From assembly GCA_963712115.1 (NCBI GenBank), contig CAVQGX010000031.1:64001-128000 (forward strand): 64,000 nucleotides of DNA. Direction: 5' to 3'. Made by a program: the position numbers and the translations under genes. Origin of the DNA: an uncultured delta proteobacterium (GTDB lineage Bacteria > Desulfobacterota > Syntrophobacteria > BM002). Below the pieces are notes generated by a model. The model worked only from the letters and a program-made list of their open reading frames with translations, was not told the DNA's origin and searched no databases. Positions 1 through 8,842 of this stretch are shown in pieces (positions within the stretch are counted from its first letter, which is position 1; each line of letters starts with the position of its first letter).

Positions 1-421
1 GATCTATGAAGATATTAACAGCAAGCCAAGAGTCGTCGTTTTAAACAAAATTGACCTCGATCCCCATCCAGATTTCGCCACCATCAGTGACCGCTTTCCG
101 GATGAGACATTAGTTGAGATCTCTGCCCTTCATGGTGACGGTATGGAGCAGTTGAAGGACGCCGTTTTCCATACCATTCTCGGCCGAAGACTGGACACAG
201 AGACTTCAGTGGTAGCCCCAAACTTGCGCCATAAGCTCTGCCTGGAGCACAGTCTGGAGGCAGTGCATCGGGCTTTGCAACTTCTCGACAACCAATCTTC
301 AGCCGAACTGATTGCTCTGGAAGTGCAGGAGGCTTTGGCTCACCTGGGAGAGGTTATAGGTTTGACCACCACCGAGGATTTACTGGATAAAATCTTCAGT
401 CAATTTTGCCTTGGAAAATAA
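1..421 (+). CDS. mnmE: tRNA modification GTPase MnmE, C-terminal part (truncated by window start)
   Basis: NKID G4 motif near 43; ends LGEVIG...EDLLDKIFSQFCLGK, the typical MnmE C-terminus. Confidence 0.93.
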   Translation, partial: IYEDINSKPRVVVLNKIDLDPHPDFATISDRFPDETLVEISALHGDGMEQLKDAVFHTILGRRLDTETSVVAPNLRHKLCLEHSLEAVHRALQLLDNQSSAELIALEVQEALAHLGEVIGLTTTEDLLDKIFSQFCLGK

Positions 422-544
422 AAAACGAAAAATCTTATACCTGCAAGGGCCGCAGGGATTCTTCGTTTGTTTTGGCCCATCGGCAAGCTCATGGTGAACG
501 GAAGGGCCTAGAATGACGGTTAACAGTTTCCGGCTGGACGGTAA

Positions 545-757
545 TTACATCTCGATACAGACGAAATCACCACTTTCGTCACGGATACATAGATTTTCTT
601 TATTGTAACTCGTCATTTCGCCGCATCTTGGGCAAGGAGGCCGGTTTTTAACTAGCCCATCCAAATCAAAGTTTTTCTTGTCTTTGAAGCTAACGGAGGT
701 TGGAACCCATTCGCGGCAACGCATGCAGCGTACATGAATTTCTTTGGCCTTGGACAC
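545..757 (-). CDS. small Zn-ribbon-like hypothetical protein
   Basis: 70 aa, GTG start after GGAG, CMRC...CPRCG pairs. Confidence 0.6.
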   Translation of the reverse strand: MSKAKEIHVRCMRCREWVPTSVSFKDKKNFDLDGLVKNRPPCPRCGEMTSYNKENLCIRDESGDFVCIEM

Positions 758-1042
758 TTTAAATCTCCTAATTTTTGTCTCTAGTCTTGGCGAGATCGGG
801 GAGTAGTCTCCTTCCTTATGTTTAAACGATTTCTTACCAGATTGCTAGCCATAGCGCAACACAAATGGATTGCTGGTCTCACTTCCTTTGATACTAAGAC
901 AAACAGGTTCACCGGGGAGCAAAGGCTTCGAGAGCATGACCTCATTGGCAGCGGCAAGAACATAACGTGTGCTCAGCCGTAATTGGGCAAGTTTGATGCC
1001 GCAGAATCGAACTGATGTTGGAACTCCTGAGGATCTCTTTAA

Positions 1043-1708
1043 TTGGAAGATAAATTGGTCAAGGTCAGACAAGGAGACTTGCTCCGGCAAGCGTCGCATG
1101 AGGTGGGAGTCTCCCTGGGGGATTCTCAGATAGAGCTTTTTGAACTCTACTTGCAGGAGCTTCTGGAGTGGAACAAGACTTTTAATCTCACCGGGATTAG
1201 AGATCCCGAAGATATTGTCATCAAGCACTTCGTGGATTCGCTCACTCCCTTGCCTTACTTGCAACCTTCTGGTCGACTACTGGATATTGGCCCAGGAGCG
1301 GGGTTCCCCTCGATCCCTCTTAAGATTGCTGCTTCTAAACTTCAGGTTCAACTTGTGGAAGCAAGCCGCAAAAAGGTTTCATTTCTCAAGCACATAATAC
1401 GCACCCTCAAACTGGAGTCAATTGTTGCACTGCACAGCCGCTTTGAGGATGTGGAACTAATAGACGAACCTTTCAACTATATCATTTCCCGAGCTTTTAC
1501 CCGCCTCGAGCCACTGCTTAAACTTGTTGCTCCTCTAATGGAACCTGGTAATACTCTTGTTGCCATGTTGGGCCCGACAACTGCCAAAGATCATCCTAGA
1601 TTTGCGGATCGCGCCCTGGCTGAAAGTCTCGAACTTAATCGAGTGGTCTCACTGCAACTCCCCCGGGGCCGGGGAGGTAGGACCCTGCTTTTCTTTCAAA
1701 AGAGGTAG
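1043..1708 (+). CDS. rsmG: 16S rRNA m7G527 methyltransferase
   Basis: WNKTFNLTG, KHFVDS, LDIGPGAGFPSIPL, SRAF motifs. Confidence 0.93.
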   Translation: MEDKLVKVRQGDLLRQASHEVGVSLGDSQIELFELYLQELLEWNKTFNLTGIRDPEDIVIKHFVDSLTPLPYLQPSGRLLDIGPGAGFPSIPLKIAASKLQVQLVEASRKKVSFLKHIIRTLKLESIVALHSRFEDVELIDEPFNYIISRAFTRLEPLLKLVAPLMEPGNTLVAMLGPTTAKDHPRFADRALAESLELNRVVSLQLPRGRGGRTLLFFQKR

Positions 1709-1779
1709 TTCTAATAGATAAGGGGAGTACTTTTTGCGAAGGGAAGACAAAAGCTAGCAGCAATCAGCTTGCAGCGGGC

Positions 1780-2088
1780 AGCTGTTTCAACTAGGCACTA
1801 GGAACTAAGCACTAGGCAGCCACGGGACGACACGGGGAGGCGGAGAGACGGAGACGCGGCGAGCAAGTTAGAGGACAGAGGTCGGAAGTCGGAGATCAGA
1901 GATCAGTATTGCCCCTGACATCTGACGTCTGATCTCTGACTTCTGACTTCTTGCTCTATGCTCCATGCCCTATGCCTTTTTAAATTCGCAATCAGAAATT
2001 CTCGTCTTTCTGATTTCCGACCTCTGACCTCCGACCTCTGACCTCTAACTCCATGCTATGCTCTATGCCTCTTCGCTATGCGTTTTGC
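1780..2088. repeat. cluster of degenerate 7-8-mer tandem arrays
   Basis: cactagg, ggagacgc, tcagagg/tctgact and ctatgc units; a GA-rich array is followed by its reverse complement. Confidence 0.75.
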
Positions 2089-2089
2089 C

Positions 2090-2890
2090 CTAGCTGTCCT
2101 GAGCCTGTCGAAGGATGCGCTCTAAGTCGAAGGTGGCCCAGACTGGAATGTGGTCGGATGGCTTGGGCAAAGAACGCTGTTCTTTGTCCATCCCACATTC
2201 CAGGCTTAGAGAAGCCAGTGGCGGTGAAGCCCAGAGGTGATCGATCCTCAAACCCATGTCACGGCGGAAGGCGCCAGCCCGATAGTCCCACCAGCTATAA
2301 AGACCACCTTCCTCGTGGTGTCGGCGGAAGACGTCCTCAAATCCCCACTTCTTTAATTCTGCCAGGGCAGAGCGCTCTTCTGGGTGAAAGCCAATCTCTC
2401 CTTCCATCTCTGCGGCATCATAGACGTCGCGGGCTTCGGGAGCGATGTTAAAATCTCCAACTAAAACCAGGTGCTCTTCAACTAGGTGCAACCGTTCCAT
2501 ATATTTACTTAGCTGGTTTATGAATTCCAGCTTATAGGTGAACTTAGGGGAATCGGGAGCTGAACCGTTAGGAACATAGACGTTCACCACCCTCACCTGG
2601 CCCACTGTTGCAGCAATTAACCTTTTCTGACCTTCGGCATCATAGTCAGGGAATCCTGCCAGAACTTCGGTGGCATCGTACCTGCTCAGGATGGCAACCC
2701 CGTTGTAGGTCTTTTGCCCGCTCACGGCTACTTGATAGCCGAGAGCCTCAAAAGGTTCAGCAGGAAACAGTTCATCTGTGACCTTTATTTCTTGCAGGCA
2801 AAGAACGTCTGGCTGCTCCTGGTCTATCCAGTTCATAACTGCTTGTAACCGTACCCGTATGGAGTTCACATTCCAGGTCACGATTTTCAT
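2090..2890 (-). CDS. xth: exodeoxyribonuclease III
   Basis: TWNVNSIR, LQEIK, YVPNG, GDFNIAP, YSWWDYR, RIDH, SDHIP motifs. Confidence 0.95.
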   Translation of the reverse strand: MKIVTWNVNSIRVRLQAVMNWIDQEQPDVLCLQEIKVTDELFPAEPFEALGYQVAVSGQKTYNGVAILSRYDATEVLAGFPDYDAEGQKRLIAATVGQVRVVNVYVPNGSAPDSPKFTYKLEFINQLSKYMERLHLVEEHLVLVGDFNIAPEARDVYDAAEMEGEIGFHPEERSALAELKKWGFEDVFRRHHEEGGLYSWWDYRAGAFRRDMGLRIDHLWASPPLASLSLECGMDKEQRSLPKPSDHIPVWATFDLERILRQAQDS

Positions 2891-3188
2891 GGCAAGCACC
2901 GCCCGTCAGTCAATGGTCTTCAACCACAAGCTTTGCGCAGTCAGTAGCCAGAATCCAGAGAGGCATACGGCTCAGGGCTCACGGCGCAAGGAAAAAAATT
3001 GGTCTTCTACTGCCTTTTGCCTTGCGTCTTGAGCCTTACGCCTTATCCAAATTCGCAATCCGCAATCCGAAATCCTACCCTATGCCCTATGCTCTCTGCT
3101 CCATGCACCAGAAGCACCGGCTCTTGAAGAAATGAGATCCAGGTATTATATTAATACAAATTCCTAGCAAATAGGGGGGGGGAATAAA

Positions 3189-3389
3189 ATGCCAATTTTT
3201 GAATATAGCTGCGAAAGTTGTAATTATACCTTTGACAAGCTGGTGATGCACCAGGAAACTAGGGAGAACTGCCCACTCTGCCAGGGAGACGTAAAGAAGC
3301 TCATGTCAACCTTTGCAGTTGGAACATCTGACAGCGGGGCCAGTAAGATACCATCTACACCGAGTCGCCCCATGTGCACCACTTGCTGA
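3189..3389 (+). CDS. FmdB-family zinc ribbon protein
   Basis: MPIFEYSCESC...CPLCQG...KLMS pattern. Confidence 0.85.
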   Translation: MPIFEYSCESCNYTFDKLVMHQETRENCPLCQGDVKKLMSTFAVGTSDSGASKIPSTPSRPMCTTC

Positions 3390-3413
3390 GATGGTGACAT
3401 CTCCTTGCAAGGC

Positions 3414-5051
3414 CTAGAGTTGTGATCGGGGTCCCTGTCTTCTGGCATCCCCTTGCTGACTTTGTTGCAAATACCCCTTGGACAAGATCTCGTGTACACA
3501 ATGGTGGAGTGGTTGTTCAGTGTTGATTGGTAGATGTAAACTGTCCCACAACTCATCCAGTGGCTCAAATACTTGGCTTTGAGCTTTCAAATGCTGTAAC
3601 CGTGCATCTGATATTGACTTTTGCTTTTCCCGCCCGGTTAGCCTCTGGCGCAAAGTAGATTGCCTACATCGGCACTCGATGAAGATTACATTTGCCTCCA
3701 TTTGCTCGGCGAGCCTCCGAGCTAATACCCTGTGCTGGAGTCTGCCAAAAGTACCATCCAGAATAACTGACCTGCCTCGGGACATATCTTTTCGAGCTTC
3801 TAGCAGCAACTGCTCATAGGTCCTGTCGCTGGCGGCTGGGGTGTAAATCGACTCACCAAAGGGTTTTACAACCTGCTGCTCGGGACTAAGCCCAAAGAGT
3901 CTTTTCCGGATAACATCGGATCTATAACACTTCAGGTTCATTCGTTTTCCCAGCTCTGCGGCTACAGTGCTCTTACCGCTGCCGCTCAACCCGCAGACGA
4001 TCCAGATGGTCTGTCGACTGAAAGTGTCTGCATACCTCCAGGCCAACTCAAAATAGCTCCGGGCTCTTGCCTTAGCTAAACCTGCCTCTGGTGCTGAAAG
4101 GTCTCCTGCCCCATACCTCAAACACTCAACTTTGCAGCGCACATGAGCCCTATAGCACTTGTAGAAATCAATAAGCAGGAAGATCTCCGGATCATCCGCC
4201 GACTGAGCATACCCGGCTAGCAATTTCTGCCCAATATCTGCGAAGCCGTTATAGTCCAGGTCCATTGCTAGGAAAGCCAAGTCAGAAGCCGAATCACCGT
4301 ACCTAAACCGTTCATTGAACTCTATACAGTCGATAATAGATATGGAGTCCGCAAAATATATGTGGCCCAATCGGAGATCACCATGACAGTCCCGGATGCA
4401 CCCAGATTTTATGCGGCGGTCAAAAAGCTCCGCCTTAGAGTTAAGAAAAGTCCGTACCCACCGGTGCAGATCAGAGAATTGCACCCTGTCCAGAATGGTT
4501 GAAACAAAAGGATTTGTCTGGACGAAATCCTCTTCGATGTTAATCCAGATAAGCTCCCTAGAACCCATGGGGTCAATCTCTGGCCCTTTCTCTGTCTTTT
4601 GGTAAAACCGCACCAGGATCTGAACCAAATCCCGTAACATGTTGAGGCTGAATTCATTCCGTCGCAGTAGTTGCAGCATCGTTCTCTCTTTTGGGAGTTG
4701 GCGCATTTTCACGGCGTATTCCACTGGTTTGCCAGGACCATTTAAAGCGTACCCTGTTGGCTCCTGGGTAATAGGCACCACATCTAGATATACATTTTCG
4801 CTGAGACGCTTATTGAGCAAGACCTCCTGTTTACAGTATCGGAGTCGTTTTTTCAGGGTCGTATAGTCCAAAAAGCCAAAATCCACCGGTTTTTTTACCT
4901 TGTAGACAAAGTCACCGGTTAGAAAAACTCTTGAAATGTGGGTCTCTTCTACCTGAATCGTACTTACTGGATGAGGATAGAAGTCAGGGTTGCTGAGAGC
5001 CGACAGGATCGCGGCTTGATGTTTAGTATCGCTTTGGCTCTCCGCCTTCAT
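3414..5051 (-). CDS. phosphotransferase-like domain fused to a P-loop (AAA_33) kinase
   Basis: ETHIS, KVKKPVDFGFLDY, HGDLRL, DCIEF; C-terminal GLSGSGKS and SDVIRK. Confidence 0.85.
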   Translation of the reverse strand: MKAESQSDTKHQAAILSALSNPDFYPHPVSTIQVEETHISRVFLTGDFVYKVKKPVDFGFLDYTTLKKRLRYCKQEVLLNKRLSENVYLDVVPITQEPTGYALNGPGKPVEYAVKMRQLPKERTMLQLLRRNEFSLNMLRDLVQILVRFYQKTEKGPEIDPMGSRELIWINIEEDFVQTNPFVSTILDRVQFSDLHRWVRTFLNSKAELFDRRIKSGCIRDCHGDLRLGHIYFADSISIIDCIEFNERFRYGDSASDLAFLAMDLDYNGFADIGQKLLAGYAQSADDPEIFLLIDFYKCYRAHVRCKVECLRYGAGDLSAPEAGLAKARARSYFELAWRYADTFSRQTIWIVCGLSGSGKSTVAAELGKRMNLKCYRSDVIRKRLFGLSPEQQVVKPFGESIYTPAASDRTYEQLLLEARKDMSRGRSVILDGTFGRLQHRVLARRLAEQMEANVIFIECRCRQSTLRQRLTGREKQKSISDARLQHLKAQSQVFEPLDELWDSLHLPINTEQPLHHCVHEILSKGYLQQSQQGDARRQGPRSQL

Positions 5052-5277
5052 CCCATTGACTCCTTTGATCGATCTAGAGGAAGGCCAGCATCTTTGTCAT
5101 TATATCACTTATATTGTGTTCTTTTGGGGTCAGACTTTTCCCGCCGGTTGAGCTACCACTCTTGAAGCTTGCAATAAAAAGCAGTACCAGCACACCCCCC
5201 ATTCCGGTATAGTTATTAGAGGATTTGAGATCTCGGATTGCGGCTTTCGGATTGATGAATGACGCAACTTTGGAGTT

Positions 5278-6225
5278 ATGACTGCAAAACCCATTATCGT
5301 AGTTGCCATTGGTGGAAACGGTATCTGCCCTTCAGAGCCTGGCGCAGAGATGTCCTTTACTGCCCAGCTCATACACACCAAACGAACTCTTTGGAATTTG
5401 ATCTCCTTGTTCAACCATTTCCAGGTGGTCATCACCCACGGTAATGGACCACAGGCTGGTCTGGTCTATGAGAAAATGATCCCCACGACACCCTTTGGGG
5501 TAGTGACCCTAGTCACTACTTCCCAGATAAGTTCGGCCATTACCCGAGCCTACGAGGAACTTATAATAGAAAACAATCTGCAGGATCTTCCACCCATGGA
5601 ACCTGTTCTCTCCTGGGTCAAGGTAGACCCCCATGATCCTGGTTTTTCCACTCCTAGTAAACCTGTGGGCCAACAACTCTCCGGCGATGAGGTAGCCGAG
5701 CTCCTGCGATATCACCCTGAATACCTTTTCACCGATTATGGCAAGGGTAAACGTAGACTGATCGCTTCGCCTCAGCCCCAAGAAATTCTGAATATTACCG
5801 ACATCCGAGAGGTCATCGAGGACGGTAAGGTGCCGGTGGCTCTTGGCGGTGGCGGCATACCGGTATTTCTGGACAATCACGGCCGAAAGGAAATCACCAA
5901 CGGAATCCTCGACAAGGATCTCTCCTCTGCTTTGCTGGCCAGCAATCTGGCGGCGGAGAATTTCCTCATCCTCACAAACGAGCAAGGTGTGTTCACTGGC
6001 TACTCCACACCTTCTCAGCGGTTTCACCCCCAGATAAAGTCTTCCCAAGTTCAAAGCTGGCTCAATGAGGGAGAATTTCCGCCCGGTTCCATGGGGCCAA
6101 AGGTTGAAGCTGCACTCCAGTTTCTTGCGGCCAACCCTAATGGGCGGGTCATTGTTGGTCACGTTGAAGAAAGGGCGGAAAAACTCTTGGGCGGGAGCGG
6201 AGGCACCACCATCACCGTCGGCTGA
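5278..6225 (+). CDS. arcC: carbamate kinase
   Basis: VAIGGN, THGNGPQ, KPVG, GGGGIPV, DKD, GSMGPKVEA motifs. Confidence 0.88.
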   Translation: MTAKPIIVVAIGGNGICPSEPGAEMSFTAQLIHTKRTLWNLISLFNHFQVVITHGNGPQAGLVYEKMIPTTPFGVVTLVTTSQISSAITRAYEELIIENNLQDLPPMEPVLSWVKVDPHDPGFSTPSKPVGQQLSGDEVAELLRYHPEYLFTDYGKGKRRLIASPQPQEILNITDIREVIEDGKVPVALGGGGIPVFLDNHGRKEITNGILDKDLSSALLASNLAAENFLILTNEQGVFTGYSTPSQRFHPQIKSSQVQSWLNEGEFPPGSMGPKVEAALQFLAANPNGRVIVGHVEERAEKLLGGSGGTTITVG

Positions 6226-6459
6226 TGTGGTCAGCCGGAAATCCAAAATGCTAAGCAAGAAGCACTAAACAAATCCCAATCACCAAAATTTAAATTACCA
6301 AAACGTTAAGAGTTCTGACTCTCTTTCACAGTGGTTGTTTTGGACATTTGGAAATTCGGATTTTTAATTTGTTTAGGATTTCGATATTCGGATTTCGGAT
6401 TTTCTTATGGAGCGAGAGGCTCAGGAGAGGTTCAAATACTGGAAATACGCACCGTAATG

Positions 6460-7281
6460 CTAAGGGGGAGGAATCGGGTAGGCAATTCCTTGTTGCCACA
6501 ACTCCACTGCTTCTTTAAATAGTTTCCTGAACCCTAGTGTACCCCCCAGTCCTTTCCGGCCGAAATTAAAGTTTATCTCGATAAAGACAGGTGGACCTTC
6601 ATCGGGAAACATGAGATCAAAACCGGCGAGATTGATACCGGCGAGGTGGCAAAATCTGGCCACAGCAGCCATACCGCGATCTTGTAGCTCGGGGAAAATT
6701 TCCGGGTGCATGCGTCCGCCCCGGCACACATTGTTGTAAAAGTTCTCACCACCTACGCGAAAATAGCTCACCATTTTGGCGCCCACAACCACCACCCTGA
6801 GATCCATACCTCCATGGTTGACCCACCTCTGAATCAGTAAAGGTTCTTCTGCAGGTAGCCTATGGAGTCCATTTATAAGATCCTTTCGGCAGCAAACAGG
6901 AAAAACCGTGCTGCCCCCACCACCATTATCTCCCTTGAGCACAAAGGGATAGTCCAGCGGGAGCATCTTCCCTTCAGCATCTAATAAAACTTGAGGGTTT
7001 GAGTAAAGAATGGTTCTCGGGTGGCGTATTTTTAACCGCTGAAAAAGCACCGCCTGTTTAGTCTTTCCTGAATAGTCATATTTGGCGTCCAGATTGGGGA
7101 ACCAATTTTGTGCCATGGCGGCAATTTTCCTATAACGTTTTCTAGTAATACCCCGTGGCATGACGACCCCACGGGCGGCGCGAATCTTACTCGCAACTTC
7201 TGGTGCCTCGACAGGTGCCAGGTTAGGTAAGTTCTCCTCCAGATGCACCAGAGGATTCATTGATAAAAAGTATTTCGCCAT
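6460..7281 (-). CDS. RimK-like ATP-grasp protein
   Basis: PFVLKG..GGGG, IQRWV, DLRVVVVG, AGFD, EIN motifs. Confidence 0.8.
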   Translation of the reverse strand: MAKYFLSMNPLVHLEENLPNLAPVEAPEVASKIRAARGVVMPRGITRKRYRKIAAMAQNWFPNLDAKYDYSGKTKQAVLFQRLKIRHPRTILYSNPQVLLDAEGKMLPLDYPFVLKGDNGGGGSTVFPVCCRKDLINGLHRLPAEEPLLIQRWVNHGGMDLRVVVVGAKMVSYFRVGGENFYNNVCRGGRMHPEIFPELQDRGMAAVARFCHLAGINLAGFDLMFPDEGPPVFIEINFNFGRKGLGGTLGFRKLFKEAVELWQQGIAYPIPPP

Positions 7282-7433
7282 GGCAAGAGCCTAAAGTTCA
7301 CCAAAATGAGCTAAAGTGCCTATAATGTTCTAAAATGCCTAAATTGAACTAAAATCTAAAATCCGAAATCCGAAATCCGAAATGATCTAGCTCCATGCTC
7401 TGTACCCCTGCTCGCTGCTTACTGTTTGCCACG

Positions 7434-8081
7434 TCAACCTAACACCCATTCGCGCAGCCGTCGGAGTGTTTTCCACCTGCCATCCTCCATCCCATCCACC
7501 TGGAAATCACGACGTCGCCAGAGAATTAGATTATATTCTCCAGGGAAAATGGGCCAAGGTTTGTAGGGCCGCAGACCATAGTACTTTTTCTCCGCCCAGG
7601 TCCGAACATAATGCTTTCCCCGGAGTTGTTGTCGTTCGCAGCCATGGATATCCTCTTGCAGCATCAGTTTCGGGGTCATGGAAAAAATCACCTCTTCCCA
7701 GCGGCAGTCTGGGTACACCCTTTGGCATACCACCACGGCACAATGAATGTTTTCAAGGTCCTCTACCCAGGTTGCCGGAAATACTCTAACGTTTTCCCAG
7801 AACCGCCGAGGTTCGCCCTGGTAATAATCGGTTAACAACCGTGTCATACCGTCAGGATCTAAGAACAGATTGGGAGAAACCGGTTCAATCCATGGAGCAC
7901 AGTCGATGCCGACGTAGTAGGTAAGATTCAACGCGGTCATAAGACGAATGTGATTGTCTATCCTGTTGACCATGAGACCACAGCCGAGGCTGACTAGAGA
8001 AGTGTCCCCGTGCTCTCGAAGAAAATCAATAGCTGGATTTGCCACCACCATTGCAGCGATCTCCTCCCCTTGCCGCCACAT
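7434..8081 (-). CDS. hypothetical protein (possible methyltransferase-like fold)
   Basis: 215-aa ORF; SLGCG and YVGID weakly resemble SAM motifs I/II. Confidence 0.6.
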   Translation of the reverse strand: MWRQGEEIAAMVVANPAIDFLREHGDTSLVSLGCGLMVNRIDNHIRLMTALNLTYYVGIDCAPWIEPVSPNLFLDPDGMTRLLTDYYQGEPRRFWENVRVFPATWVEDLENIHCAVVVCQRVYPDCRWEEVIFSMTPKLMLQEDIHGCERQQLRGKHYVRTWAEKKYYGLRPYKPWPIFPGEYNLILWRRRDFQVDGMEDGRWKTLRRLREWVLG

Positions 8082-8109
8082 TACTGGATGGTTCTGGCCG
8101 TTGCAAGCC

Positions 8110-8170
8110 TTAACCCGGACATTTCATGAATAACCTGCTGCGACAGCAATCCATGAAATATCCGGGTTAA
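8110..8170. repeat. 61-bp inverted-repeat element with TTAACCC termini
   Basis: ttaacccggacatttcatg ... catgaaatatccgggttaa (18/19 complementary). Confidence 0.8.
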
Positions 8171-8397
8171 AGGAGCAGAGGGCCGTCAATATTGTTAAGC
8201 TATTCACAAAACTATTGCACATTTCTACCTTGATAAGTTAACATTATTGAGTTGAGGTTAGCCCTTTCTAATGCAGTATCGCTTGAATCAAGACTTTCTG
8301 CTGGAAAAAGACCTAACACTCTGGCCCAGGACTTCTCGTGGAACTGGCTGCGGAATGCTGCACTGCTATCTGAATCTCAGACAAGGGGAGATTAGTC

Positions 8398-8643
8398 ATG
8401 GACAAAAATGACGGGATCACCGACGTGGGCGAGATGAAGGATCGAATGATGATCGATCTGTTCAAGAAGAAACTACAGGAGGCAAGAACTGACCTCACTC
8501 AACTAAGTGGAAGTTGGGGTGAGGCCAGCGAAATTCTAAAAAACCATTTCGGCAAAATTAGCCGCACCATGGTTAGCAACGAGAATAAACTGCGCAATTT
8601 ATATCAGACCGCCATCGATGAACTTAAGAAAGAGAGCGATTAA
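8398..8643 (+). CDS. small helical hypothetical protein
   Basis: 81 aa with GGGGAG RBS. Confidence 0.6.
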   Translation: MDKNDGITDVGEMKDRMMIDLFKKKLQEARTDLTQLSGSWGEASEILKNHFGKISRTMVSNENKLRNLYQTAIDELKKESD

Positions 8644-8842
8644 CCCCATGGTGGACTGGGTTCGCTTGATCGGACCAACCATAGCCCAACTAACTAGGCA
8701 CTAGGGCCTAAGAACGAGACATAGAATCCAGTAGCCAGAAGGGAAAGACACTCTTTATGCTTTTTGCCTCCTGGATTCTGAATTCTGACTACTGACTCCT
8801 TCTTAAACTCTGCCAGCTGCTTGCTGTCAGTTGCCGGCTTGA

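Noticed and set aside
781-982. Short ORFs on both strands between the Zn-ribbon gene and rsmG (possible mnmG remnant)
   Set aside because: No recognisable MnmG motif and no convincing RBS.
1780-2088. Tandem arrays as a CRISPR array
   Set aside because: Units are 7-9 nt and degenerate, with no unique spacers and no cas genes.
3387-3412. TGA after CTTC in the FmdB protein as a possible Sec codon
   Set aside because: FmdB proteins commonly end in a Cys cluster; I saw no convincing SECIS, and readthrough would run into the convergent gene.
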